IMG/VR virus record: IMGVR_UViG_3300025890_003315
Span: 11,907-75,906 of that record
Strand: one strand, 5' to 3'
From: a virus
Lineage: Duplodnaviria; Caudoviricetes
DNA length: 64,000 nucleotides
Position numbers and translations under genes: made by a program. Each line of letters starts with the position of its first letter. Position 1 is the stretch's first letter. Below are positions 47,071 to 56,464 of this stretch, piece after piece. The notes beneath the pieces were generated by a model. The model did not search any database. It was not told the DNA's origin and saw nothing but the letters and a program-made list of their open reading frames with translations.

Positions 47071-49619
47071 TAAAGCAATTTAGAAAAAGTTTTAGTGGAG
47101 TAAAACTCCCAATCAATGGAGTTAGGCTTCCTGCATTCGAAGTCGAGCAAAAATATCTTGATAAAATTAGCACAGAAGATAAAGTCTCTAACTTTGTTTT
47201 TCTACAAAGACTTTGCTTGAAAGGTTTAAAAGAAAAAGGGCTAGAAAAAAACGAAAAGTATCTTGAAAGACTAAGGCATGAGCTTAAAACTCTTCATGAG
47301 CTAAGTTTTACGGATTATATTCTTTTAGTCTGGGACGTAATTAATTTTTGCAAAGACAATGACATTCCTGTAGGTCTTGGTCGCGGAAGTGCCGCTGGCA
47401 GTCTGACGCTATATTGCATTGGGGTCACTGGTATCGATCCTGTAAAATACGACTTGTTTTTTGAGAGATTCGTCTCAAAAACTAGAGCTAAAAAACAGGT
47501 GATTGATGGAGTTGCTTATCTTGATGGATCTTTGATGGTTGACGTTGACCTCGACATCTGTTATTACAACAGACCAAGAGTTCTTGAGTATATCAAGACA
47601 AAGTTTAAAGGTAATACAAGTAAAATTCTTACTCTAAATACTTTGTCAGGAAAACTTCTGATGAAGGAGTGCGGAAAAATTGTTGATGAAAAAGAAGAAT
47701 CAGAGATGAACCATGTAACATCTTTGATCCCAAAGGTATTTGGAAAAGTTAAAGATATTGAAGAAGCGTGTGAAGAAGTAGAAGAGTTTTCTGAATGGTG
47801 CCAAAACAACCCGCGCACTTTTAGGATAGCCAAAAAATTAAAAGGGTTAAATAAAAATCGAGGAGTACACGCATCAGGAATGCTTGTGTCTTATGATAAG
47901 CTCGTAAACCAATGCCCTACGGAATTAGATTCGTCTAAAGCAGTTGTATCATCTTATGATATGAATTGGGTTTCTCTCATCAACGTGAAACTCGATCTAC
48001 TTGGACTCAGGAGCGTCTCTGTCGTCAATGAAGCTTGTAAGTTGATCGGGATTACTCCTGCTGATATTGATTTTAATTGTCCAGAAATTTACTCTAATCT
48101 TCAGGAGCTTTTGGCTCCACACGGTCTATTCCAGATTGAAGCCGATACAAACTACAAGGTTTGTAAAACTGTCAAGCCTCGTAACATTGAGCAGTTGAGC
48201 GCGGTTCTTGCTCTCGCTCGCCCCGGCGCACTTGATTACGTAGATAAGTACGCTTCCTATGTAAATACAGGAACTTATGACTCTATTCATCCATTTTTCG
48301 ACGACATTTTGGAGTATACTGGAGGAGTATGCTTGTATCAAGAACAGATGATGAAGATGGCTCATAAAATTGGGTTTACTCTTGATGAAGCAGAAATTTT
48401 AAGGCGTATTGTTGGCAAAAAGAAGGTTGATCAGGTTGCAGAATGGAAAGAGAAAATCTCAGACAAAGTAAAAGACAATAAGTTGCCTACAGAAGTTGGA
48501 GATGTGTTGTGGAAAGTACTTGAAGACTCGGCTAACTACTCTTTCAATAAATCTCACTCTCTAGGATACGCCGCTCTTGCTGCATCTACAATTTATTTAA
48601 AATTCAAGCATCCAAAAGAATTTTTCTTGGCTTTGTTAAAAATGACTCGCCATGAACCAGATCCAATTGAAGAAATCAACAAGATTAACAGAGATTTATC
48701 GTTTTTTAACATTGAGTTACTGAAGCCCCATATGGTAAAATCTGATTTGGATTTTAAAATTGAAGGAGATGATATTAGATTCGGTCTTTTGTCTATCAAA
48801 GGTGTTTCTGATAAGTCAATGGAAAAAATCAATGACTTCAAGTCTGAAAAAAACAACAAGTTTGAAGTATTTGAAGCAGCAAAAGAATGCGGCATTAATA
48901 TTGGCGTTCTGTCTAGCCTTATTCAAGCTGGCGCACTAGACGGATATCCTGTTTCAAGAAGCTACTTGTGTTACGAAGCCCAATTGTGGAATATTCTTAC
49001 CAACAGAGAAAAGGTATTAATGATGGAGGCTGGAGAGCAAGAAGACTACCACGTAGTAAGGACTCTCAAGAAAGTCAAAGAGTTGAAAAACGAAAAAGGA
49101 AAACCTTTCATTAAACCAAGCAGAATCGAAACTATCACCACTAAAGCAAATGGCTACAAAGAAATTTTCGATCAGAATAGAAAGAGCGAAGATTTTGCAA
49201 ATTGGTACTATGAAAATATGTTGCTTGGATACTGCTATGGAAAAACTCTTAAAGATATTTTCTCAGAAAAGCACCCAGAACTTCTTACAATCAGAGAGCT
49301 TCAGCAACAACCCAACCGCAGCACGGTTTATACTGTAGTTAGAGTAAAAGAAAGCAAGAGCAGAAAGTCCAAAAAGGGAAACAAATATATTTGGATGGAT
49401 GTCTACGATGAAACTGGCGACCAAGTAGTCATGTTATTCAATGGTAAAAAAGGTCAATTGATGGATATGTGTATTGAGCAAAACAATGGACTACCAAAAA
49501 AAGACTCTATTTGTATTATCAAGGGAGAAAAGCAAGAAGATACTATGTTCGCAGAGTTGGTAGCCATGCAAAGCAACAAAATTTACACAAAATTGTCTCA
49601 GTTGCAAAATTCTGTTTGA
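47067..49619 (+). CDS. dnaE: DNA polymerase III alpha catalytic core (no PHP domain)
   Basis: GLGRGSAAGSL..Y..G.T.IDP.KY.L.FERF, DVDLD, HASG, KLDLLGL, FQIE, YQEQ, YSFNKSH, C-terminal OB fold. Confidence 0.95.
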   Translation: MIKQFRKSFSGVKLPINGVRLPAFEVEQKYLDKISTEDKVSNFVFLQRLCLKGLKEKGLEKNEKYLERLRHELKTLHELSFTDYILLVWDVINFCKDNDIPVGLGRGSAAGSLTLYCIGVTGIDPVKYDLFFERFVSKTRAKKQVIDGVAYLDGSLMVDVDLDICYYNRPRVLEYIKTKFKGNTSKILTLNTLSGKLLMKECGKIVDEKEESEMNHVTSLIPKVFGKVKDIEEACEEVEEFSEWCQNNPRTFRIAKKLKGLNKNRGVHASGMLVSYDKLVNQCPTELDSSKAVVSSYDMNWVSLINVKLDLLGLRSVSVVNEACKLIGITPADIDFNCPEIYSNLQELLAPHGLFQIEADTNYKVCKTVKPRNIEQLSAVLALARPGALDYVDKYASYVNTGTYDSIHPFFDDILEYTGGVCLYQEQMMKMAHKIGFTLDEAEILRRIVGKKKVDQVAEWKEKISDKVKDNKLPTEVGDVLWKVLEDSANYSFNKSHSLGYAALAASTIYLKFKHPKEFFLALLKMTRHEPDPIEEINKINRDLSFFNIELLKPHMVKSDLDFKIEGDDIRFGLLSIKGVSDKSMEKINDFKSEKNNKFEVFEAAKECGINIGVLSSLIQAGALDGYPVSRSYLCYEAQLWNILTNREKVLMMEAGEQEDYHVVRTLKKVKELKNEKGKPFIKPSRIETITTKANGYKEIFDQNRKSEDFANWYYENMLLGYCYGKTLKDIFSEKHPELLTIRELQQQPNRSTVYTVVRVKESKSRKSKKGNKYIWMDVYDETGDQVVMLFNGKKGQLMDMCIEQNNGLPKKDSICIIKGEKQEDTMFAELVAMQSNKIYTKLSQLQNSV

Positions 49620-49643
49620 CAAAATTGATTAATAATATATAAT
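49616..49643 (+). promoter_or_regulatory. Sigma70-type promoter
   Basis: TTGACA-16-TATAAT with the ATG 5 nt downstream. Confidence 0.8.
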
Positions 49644-49648
49644 AAAAT

Positions 49649-50197
49649 ATGATTAATTTTTATAAGCCGAACGCGAAAAAGACGGGTCATGCTTGCTCAT
49701 TCCAGTATGCCAAAGATGGAAATTTTTATTTCAGCTTTGCAAAGCAAACAGGGTGGAATGACGCTAATAAAACTGGCTCTTTTAAGTCAAGTGACAAGTC
49801 TAACTCTGTTAATGGCAAATTGAGTACAACAGAAGTTTGCTCGATAATTGATTCAATTGATTCCAACAGAGAGTTTTCCGCTTTTCATAAATCCGCAAAG
49901 CAAACTCTATCTATCAAATTCGGCCCATACGTCAGAAATGATGAGCAAGTAGGATATACGTTCGCAGTAAACAAAAAGAATGAATCAGGTGAAGGTAAAG
50001 GTTTTTTGATCGGGCTAAATTTTGGAGAAGCAGTTCAAACAAGAGAATATTTAAAAACAGCACTGCAAACTGTTTTCAATGGACAAATTGAAAAGTCTCA
50101 AAACCTTAACTTGAACAATAGAAAACAAGAAATAAAAACGGAGAGTCAAGAAGTCCAAGAAGATCAGGGTCCACAAGAAGATCAATTGGATTTTTGA
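49649..50197 (+). CDS. Putative single-stranded DNA-binding protein
   Basis: Aromatic/basic beta-rich N-domain and an acidic unstructured tail ending QEDQLDF (SSB-Ct-like). Follows dnaE. Confidence 0.5.
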   Translation: MINFYKPNAKKTGHACSFQYAKDGNFYFSFAKQTGWNDANKTGSFKSSDKSNSVNGKLSTTEVCSIIDSIDSNREFSAFHKSAKQTLSIKFGPYVRNDEQVGYTFAVNKKNESGEGKGFLIGLNFGEAVQTREYLKTALQTVFNGQIEKSQNLNLNNRKQEIKTESQEVQEDQGPQEDQLDF

Positions 50198-50198
50198 T

Positions 50199-52109
50199 AT
50201 GTCCAAATTAAAGGTTCTTTATCATAGCGATAACTCTTTAGCTAAGACGGGCTTTGGTCGAGTATCCAAAGCTCTTCTTAGTTATTTGTACAAGACTGAC
50301 AAATATGAGATTCATCAGTATTGCTGCGGAACGCATGAAGCGCATCCAGATTTGGTGAGAACTCCTTGGAAAAGCCGCGGCTGTTTACCTGCTGATCAAA
50401 ATCAAATAAATGAACTGAACAAAGATCCTCAAGTCGCTCGCCAAGCCAGTTATGGAGCGAACCTTCTTGATAAAGCTATAGAAGAAATAAAACCAGATGT
50501 ATATATTGCGACACAAGACATTTGGGGTGTTGATTATGCTATTGATCGTCCTTGGTTTAAAAAAATTAATAGCGTAATTTGGACTACGTTAGACTCTCTT
50601 CCAATTCTTCCTTCTGCTGTTGAAGCCTCTAAAAAAGTTGACAATTTTTGGGTGTGGAGTAATTTTGCAGAAAAAGAACTGCATAAAATGGGTCGTACAA
50701 ATGTTAAAACAATACACGGATGTATTGACTCAAGCCCATTCTTTAAATATGAACAACAAAGAAAACTTGAGTTAAGAAAAAAATTTAATATAGACCCAAA
50801 TGATTTTGTTATTGGATTTGTATTCAGGAATCAATTAAGAAAATCTGTGCCAAATCTTTTGGAAGGTTTTTCTAAATTTAAAAAAAGAACAACTTCAAAA
50901 ACAAAACTTTTACTTCATACACATTTTTCCGAAGGTTGGGATATCCCACGCCTTATGGAACAATATGGAGTAGATCAATCTGACGTTCTTACTACTTATA
51001 TTTGTAAGAATTGCAAGAACTATTTTGTTCACACATTTGTTGGGCAAGAGAAACAATGCCCGATGTGCAAGTCTGAAAAAGCTTTATCCACAACAAGTAC
51101 AGGGCTTGGCGTTACTGAAGATCAACTCGCAGATATTTATAATTTAATGGACGTTTACTGCCACCCATTCACTAGTGGGGGTCAAGAAATTCCTATTCAA
51201 GAAGCAAAACTTTGTGAGCTTATTACTCTTGTCACAAATTATTCGTGCGGAGAAGAAATGTGCGAAGATAAAGACGGTAGCCTTGAGTTGGATTGGTCTA
51301 AATATACCGAACATGGAACGCAGTTTATCAAAGCTTCAACACGCCCAGAGTCTATCTGCAAACAGCTAACAAAAATTTTTAAGTTAGACGAAAAGAAAAA
51401 AACACAAAGAGGAGCGAAAGCGAGGCAATGGGCGTTGGACAACTTTTCTGCACAAAATGTTGGAGCAAAATTTGAGCAGTTTTTAGATAATTGCCAAAAA
51501 ATCAATTATGATTTTTCTATTAAAAAAGAAAATAATCAAAACCCAGATGCAGAAGTAAAAGATATTGCTGACAATGGAGAGTGGCTGATTCATTTGTACA
51601 ATGATATTTTAGCAATGAAAGTCGATCAAAATGATGATGGACATAAACATTGGATGACGCAGCTAGAAAGAGGAATGGATAGGGCCACAATTGTGGATTA
51701 CTTCAGAAAGGTTGCTCAAAATGATATCAATAAAAACAAGCAGATAGATTTTGCGGAACTTTTAGACAAAGATGATGAAGGGAAAAGGATTTTATATGTG
51801 ATGCCAGAAAGCATTGGGGACGTTTATATGTCCACTGCTCTTTTTAAAAATATCAAAAATCTTTATCCAGATTATAATTTGTACGTTGCTACAAAACCAG
51901 AGTATCACCAAATACTAGAGGGAAACCCTTATATTCATAAAACCATTCCTTTTGTAGAACAAATGAACAATATTTTATGGCTAGAAGGTCAAGGCGAACA
52001 CAATGGATATTTTGAAGTAGCTTATTTGCCACACGTAGGCACCCAAAAGATCTTCGACTATCAGCATAACGGTAAAGATAAAATCGAATTTGACTTATGC
52101 ACTTACTAG
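50199..52109 (+). CDS. Multidomain glycosyltransferase (GT4 + Zn ribbon + DUF4214-like + GT9-like start)
   Basis: TGFGRV, RNQLRKSVP.L, CKNC..CPMC, HPFTSGGQEIPIQEAKL, LY..IL....D..G..HW...L..G.DR..IV..F, SIGDV. Confidence 0.8.
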   Translation: MSKLKVLYHSDNSLAKTGFGRVSKALLSYLYKTDKYEIHQYCCGTHEAHPDLVRTPWKSRGCLPADQNQINELNKDPQVARQASYGANLLDKAIEEIKPDVYIATQDIWGVDYAIDRPWFKKINSVIWTTLDSLPILPSAVEASKKVDNFWVWSNFAEKELHKMGRTNVKTIHGCIDSSPFFKYEQQRKLELRKKFNIDPNDFVIGFVFRNQLRKSVPNLLEGFSKFKKRTTSKTKLLLHTHFSEGWDIPRLMEQYGVDQSDVLTTYICKNCKNYFVHTFVGQEKQCPMCKSEKALSTTSTGLGVTEDQLADIYNLMDVYCHPFTSGGQEIPIQEAKLCELITLVTNYSCGEEMCEDKDGSLELDWSKYTEHGTQFIKASTRPESICKQLTKIFKLDEKKKTQRGAKARQWALDNFSAQNVGAKFEQFLDNCQKINYDFSIKKENNQNPDAEVKDIADNGEWLIHLYNDILAMKVDQNDDGHKHWMTQLERGMDRATIVDYFRKVAQNDINKNKQIDFAELLDKDDEGKRILYVMPESIGDVYMSTALFKNIKNLYPDYNLYVATKPEYHQILEGNPYIHKTIPFVEQMNNILWLEGQGEHNGYFEVAYLPHVGTQKIFDYQHNGKDKIEFDLCTY

Positions 52110-53257
52110 AAAGATATGCTCTTGGCTGCGGGGTAAAAATAGACAAGCCATTTATTTATGACAAATACTTTCCATTGCCTATTGAAAAGTATATCACTCT
52201 TCAACCATTTTCAAAGTATCCTTCAAAATGTTACGACTACTGGAATGAAGTAGTCAGTATTTTAAATCCTATTGTAAAAAAACTTGGGATAACTATTGTT
52301 CAAATAGGTGGCCCTAATGAATCTAATATAGAAGGATGCATCAACATTCAAGGTCAGACTAGTATTCCCCAATGTGCTTATATAGTCAAAAATTCTCTTT
52401 TGCATTTTGGCGTAGATAGTTTTGCTGCCCATATTGCTTCTGGATTTAATAAAAAAATTGTTTGCATGTATTCTTCAAATTATATTGAGAATGCAAGTCC
52501 ATACTGGAGCAACAAAGAAGATTTAATCTTACTTTCTCCAGATTTTTCTGTTAAAAAACCAAGCTTTGCGACCATCGAAACCCCTAAATCGATAAATACT
52601 ATCAAGCCAGAAACAATAGTTCAAGCCGTACTTGATTTATTGGGAGTAAACCAAACAGTAAACCGAGAGACGCTATATATTGGCGAAACATACGGCAAGA
52701 AGACTTTTGAATGGATTCCAAATTGTTCGGTTGACACAAATTCTCTGAAAGTTGATAGTTTAATTTGCAGATACGATTTGCTACAAGACATTGAATGCGT
52801 AAAAAAACAAACAGAGATCTCAAAGCTTTGTATAGTTACAGATCAGCCGTTTGAATTACAAGTTAAAAAAGAACAAATAAAAGAAGTCGTATTTTTTATT
52901 GACAAGGAAAAGTACAAGCCGGGATTCAATAATTGGTGTAGACAAATTGACAATCTTGGAATTAAATTGATTGTGGTATCTAAACATCCAGAACACGAAA
53001 TCAATGACATCAAAATGGATTTTATGGATGTTGCGCCAATTTTTTATAAAAAACAAATTGATACAACCGCATTGCCAATTGGGTCAAAAGTAAAATACAA
53101 GAGTCGTAGATTGATCATATCAAAAGGTAAAATGTATCCTTCAGAACAAGCTGTAAAGACTAACACTTCAGTAGTTTCCGATAAAGATTTTGTTGTAGGA
53201 GAGGTAGACGCAGACTTTTTGAAAGAAGCGGAGTATTTTTATGTTGAAAAAATGTAA
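52097..53257 (+). CDS. GT9-like glycosyltransferase
   Basis: K.YDYW.EV, IVQIGG..E, G.T...Q.AYI....L..GVDSF..H.A. Confidence 0.7.
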   Translation: MHLLERYALGCGVKIDKPFIYDKYFPLPIEKYITLQPFSKYPSKCYDYWNEVVSILNPIVKKLGITIVQIGGPNESNIEGCINIQGQTSIPQCAYIVKNSLLHFGVDSFAAHIASGFNKKIVCMYSSNYIENASPYWSNKEDLILLSPDFSVKKPSFATIETPKSINTIKPETIVQAVLDLLGVNQTVNRETLYIGETYGKKTFEWIPNCSVDTNSLKVDSLICRYDLLQDIECVKKQTEISKLCIVTDQPFELQVKKEQIKEVVFFIDKEKYKPGFNNWCRQIDNLGIKLIVVSKHPEHEINDIKMDFMDVAPIFYKKQIDTTALPIGSKVKYKSRRLIISKGKMYPSEQAVKTNTSVVSDKDFVVGEVDADFLKEAEYFYVEKM

Positions 53258-53405
53258 AAGATGTCATGAGAATATGAGATCTTCTTACAGTACTTGTCCA
53301 CGATGCGGATTTTGCTCGCTTGAAAAGTGTGATTCAAAATCTTACGAGGACCATGACGATTTTCCTATTGAGGAAAAAGTCTTTCTGTCAAAAAAAACCC
53401 CTTGA
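53241..53405 (+). CDS. Small Zn-ribbon protein (54 aa, not in ORF track)
   Basis: MLKKCKRCHENMRSSYSTCPRCGF...; CxxC/CxxC, overlapping the upstream stop. Confidence 0.6.
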   Translation: MLKKCKRCHENMRSSYSTCPRCGFCSLEKCDSKSYEDHDDFPIEEKVFLSKKTP

Positions 53406-53429
53406 CTTTTCTAAAAATACATTTATAGT
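53402..53429 (+). promoter_or_regulatory. Sigma70-type promoter
   Basis: TTGACT-16-TATAGT with the ATG 9 nt downstream. Confidence 0.7.
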
Positions 53430-53438
53430 AGAGATACT

Positions 53439-53801
53439 ATGAACGTATTTGGTAAAATCAATCAAGTCTCTGAAGTCGCTAAACATTCTGACCGTTTCAA
53501 GTCTGCAAAATTCTTGCTTGAAACGCAAGAACAGTACCCTCAAACGATTCAGTTCCAACTAATTAACGATAAAACGTCTTTAGCCTCAAATCTCAAAGTA
53601 GGTCAATTCGCTAAGATCCACTTTAACATTAAAGGAACTGAATGGAATGGAAAACATTACGTTAACTTGAATGCTTGGAAAATTGAAGGTCAAAACAACC
53701 CTTCTCAAAAAATCAAGGAATTTCAAGAAGAGCAAGTGGAACGATCTAACGAAATTGAGGTCGAAGAAATTTCTCTAAATGAAGATGACTTGGAGTTTTG
53801 A
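53439..53801 (+). CDS. DUF3127-family OB-fold (SSB-like) protein
   Basis: F.LET.EQYPQ.I.FQL..DK......L.VG....F.IKG.EWNGK.YVNL.AWKI and acidic tail EDDLEF. Confidence 0.85.
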   Translation: MNVFGKINQVSEVAKHSDRFKSAKFLLETQEQYPQTIQFQLINDKTSLASNLKVGQFAKIHFNIKGTEWNGKHYVNLNAWKIEGQNNPSQKIKEFQEEQVERSNEIEVEEISLNEDDLEF

Positions 53802-53803
53802 CG

Positions 53804-53809
53804 GTGTAA
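53804..53809 (+). promoter_or_regulatory. GTGTAA motif
   Basis: 8 nt before GTG 53818. Confidence 0.6.
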
Positions 53810-53817
53810 AATAAATT

Positions 53818-54096
53818 GTGGTTTGCGAAGTAATAAGACCAGAGATAGGTGACAAAAGCGATAAAATAGAATGTCAAATTTGCGAACTAAGCTACACATT
53901 AGGTGAGTATGGCATTCTAAGCAAGCATCAAAAGTTGGGTTATTTTTATAACGAAGAACTTGGTTTTTTTTGTCACCAATGTCTGTTTGAAATAGCTACA
54001 AATTTGGCTTCGAAATCAGAAGAAAATAAATACAATGTTTTAGTAAAAGAAAATGACAAACAATATTTTTTGACATTTCATAAAAAAAATGCCTAG
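53818..54096 (+). CDS. Hypothetical Zn-binding protein
   Basis: CQIC ... CHQC. Confidence 0.65.
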   Translation: MVCEVIRPEIGDKSDKIECQICELSYTLGEYGILSKHQKLGYFYNEELGFFCHQCLFEIATNLASKSEENKYNVLVKENDKQYFLTFHKKNA

Positions 54097-54373
54097 AAGA
54101 AGTAAAAATGAATACAATGATTTCCCAGTTGTAATAAGTTCTCCGCGCTGGATAGAAAAAAAATTAGGCAGAACTGGAGCTATTGGTTTATGCTATAGTG
54201 ATGGTAATATCGAGATAGACCCTAGACTCAATAGTAAAGAGTATTTAGATACTTTGATTCACGAAATGCTTCATCATCATTTCCCAGAGTTAGAAGAAGA
54301 AGACGTAGCGATCATTGCTACAAAAATGATGCGGCAACTCTGGAAAGCTGGTTATAGAAAAATTAAAAAGTAA
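54089..54373 (+). CDS. Small zincin-like (HExxH) protein
   Basis: GLC......I.IDPRL......TLIHEMLH. Confidence 0.7.
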   Translation: MPRRSKNEYNDFPVVISSPRWIEKKLGRTGAIGLCYSDGNIEIDPRLNSKEYLDTLIHEMLHHHFPELEEEDVAIIATKMMRQLWKAGYRKIKK

Positions 54374-54397
54374 TTTCTTAAAAAAGATTATTAAATA

Positions 54398-55024
54398 ATG
54401 CCAAAATTAATAGTAAATCTGCCAGCAATACAATGTTACGTTAAAGGAGAGTACCTTCACAATTTAGAGAAAGATTTCAACAATTACTATGACTGTTTTT
54501 GGGTTACAGCAAAAGCGGTTCATGGTCGCGCTTTTTTGATAGAGTCAATGGTTCTTGATTACGGGGCTTTATACGACAAACTACCTCTTTCTGCGTACAC
54601 TTGGAAAAAAGATGTAAAAGACCCACTCCCTCTGGATTATTTGCAAATGTGGGACTGTTTGTCTTATGATATTGAAATTATATACAAAAGATTTCTTCGT
54701 GACAGAGACTGCAAAGTAATGTTGCCAAATAAAAAGTTCATGAAAGGACAATACATGTTCACTATTGACCCTTATGGTCAATTCACAGAAGCTGAGACCC
54801 CGAATGAACATAAGTCTTACAACTTCATAAAGCTTGATAACGGTCAATTTTGCGCCTATCCTAATAACAGAATCCAATTCTTAGATAAATCTTATATTCC
54901 AGCGGAACCAGAAAGACCGAAATTTAAAACTTGTCAACAATATTACTACGCAGAAAGCGATGTAACCAATTTCAGTCAGACAGACGAATACTTTTATCAA
55001 TCAAATGAAGAAGCTGAAACCTAG
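54398..55024 (+). CDS. Conserved phage hypothetical protein
   Basis: YDKLP..A...LQ.WDC.SY...G.Y.FTID...EHKS.N...LDNGQF..YPNNRI pattern common in aquatic phages. Confidence 0.65.
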   Translation: MPKLIVNLPAIQCYVKGEYLHNLEKDFNNYYDCFWVTAKAVHGRAFLIESMVLDYGALYDKLPLSAYTWKKDVKDPLPLDYLQMWDCLSYDIEIIYKRFLRDRDCKVMLPNKKFMKGQYMFTIDPYGQFTEAETPNEHKSYNFIKLDNGQFCAYPNNRIQFLDKSYIPAEPERPKFKTCQQYYYAESDVTNFSQTDEYFYQSNEEAET

Positions 55025-55433
55025 AAAAAGATTGTCTTGGCCTAAAACTGCTATAAAACTGGCTTTTACTATCGCAGAGTCAAGAAGCGAAGACCCACAT
55101 CTTCAAGTTGGAGCAGTGGCTTTTAAAAAAGATAAAAGTATTCTCGTCGGCTACAACGGTGCGCCATCAGGCATTGATATAGATTGGTCAGACCGTGATC
55201 ATCGTAGAGCAAGAGTGGTTCATGCAGAAGCCAATGTTTTGAATTATTGCAAGCCGGGAGAAGTTGATTTTGTAGCTTGTACTCATATTCCTTGTCAAGA
55301 ATGCTTGAAAGTGATTGCTTCAAAACAAGTTAAAACTGTCTTTTACTCAAAAGAAGCAGAAAACTATCCAACTGAAATTTCTGCTAAACTAGCTCAAGAA
55401 TTTAAAATAACTTTATTGAAAATCGAGGAATGA
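55005..55433 (+). CDS. dCMP deaminase-like protein
   Basis: S.DP...VGA, GYNG.P, HAE.N, PC..C. Confidence 0.9.
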   Translation: MKKLKPRKRLSWPKTAIKLAFTIAESRSEDPHLQVGAVAFKKDKSILVGYNGAPSGIDIDWSDRDHRRARVVHAEANVLNYCKPGEVDFVACTHIPCQECLKVIASKQVKTVFYSKEAENYPTEISAKLAQEFKITLLKIEE

Positions 55434-55804
55434 ATTTAATTAAAACATTATCCAGAAAGCCACAATACATAAAAAAAAATTGGGGATACGAACTAGTTTT
55501 TGCAAATGATGAACGCAATAACTATTGCGGAAAGATTCTTCATTTTAATAAAGGAGAAAAGTTTTCAATGCACTTTCATGATATAAAAGTGGAAACATTT
55601 TATATTTTAAATGGAAAACTCAGATTGAGTTTGCTAGACTTAAATTCAAAAGACGGCGAGGTTTTTACTGATACAATCGAAAAAGGGTTTTGTTTGGACT
55701 TACCCAGATTGCAGCCACATCAAATCGAAGCTCTTGAGGACTCTGACATAATTGAAGCAAGCACATTTCACAGAGACGAAGATAGCTACAGGATTTGGCG
55801 ATGA
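55430..55804 (+). CDS. Cupin (sugar isomerase-like)
   Basis: KNWG.E, YCGKIL, SMHFH..K.ETFY, P...H...A. Confidence 0.8.
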   Translation: MNLIKTLSRKPQYIKKNWGYELVFANDERNNYCGKILHFNKGEKFSMHFHDIKVETFYILNGKLRLSLLDLNSKDGEVFTDTIEKGFCLDLPRLQPHQIEALEDSDIIEASTFHRDEDSYRIWR

Positions 55805-56244
55805 TATACGTTTTATTTGGACAACCTGAATCTGGAAAAACTACTCTTGCGAATAATTTAAGGCTGGAGTTGAGAAAAATATATGGGCCAAATATGAGCA
55901 TCTTTAATATTGATGGCGATGAATTGCGATCCATGATTCCAAATAATAATTATACCATCGCTGGCAGATACGATAACGTAAGAAGAGCAAATGCGATTGC
56001 CACATATTTAAATCATATGGGATGCGAAGTAATAGTATCTTTAATCAATCCATATGAAGAATTAAGAAAAGAACTGAAAAATTTAAATCCAAAGGACACA
56101 AAATTCATTTATTTGCTTTCTGATAGAAAAAATAAAGAAAAATTCAATGTGGAAAATTTCGAGGTGCCAAAGAAAACAGACTTGACTTTGAATACAAGTC
56201 AGCTTAATATACAACAGTGCTTGAAAACTATTCTCGACCTGTGA
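55801..56244 (+). CDS. Adenylylsulfate kinase-like P-loop kinase
   Basis: GQPESGKTTLA, IDGD.LR, Y...GR..N, VS.I.PY...R. Confidence 0.75.
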   Translation: MIYVLFGQPESGKTTLANNLRLELRKIYGPNMSIFNIDGDELRSMIPNNNYTIAGRYDNVRRANAIATYLNHMGCEVIVSLINPYEELRKELKNLNPKDTKFIYLLSDRKNKEKFNVENFEVPKKTDLTLNTSQLNIQQCLKTILDL

Positions 56245-56441
56245 AACAACAAGTTGAATACGATGTTAAAGTTTATTGCGATCAAATTTCCACAATAGCA
56301 ATGTGTATTGGTACAGCTTTTATGCAAGGCAACTCTTCTCAAGAGCAAACAAAGCTGGAGTTAGAAAATATTTGCAATAAAGTTGAAAATGTAATCAGAA
56401 TGATAAATCAAAATAAGACAGAACAAGGAGATGTTCAATAA
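56241..56441 (+). CDS. Hypothetical protein
   Basis: GTGA overlap with the upstream stop. Confidence 0.5.
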   Translation: MKQQVEYDVKVYCDQISTIAMCIGTAFMQGNSSQEQTKLELENICNKVENVIRMINQNKTEQGDVQ

Positions 56442-56464
56442 TCAGAAAAACTGATGAAGACGCA

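Noticed and set aside
25091-49619. Inteins or group I introns in nrdJ, dnaB, recA or dnaE
   Set aside because: The proteins are of normal length with contiguous motifs, and no intein splice motifs or LAGLIDADG inserts were seen.
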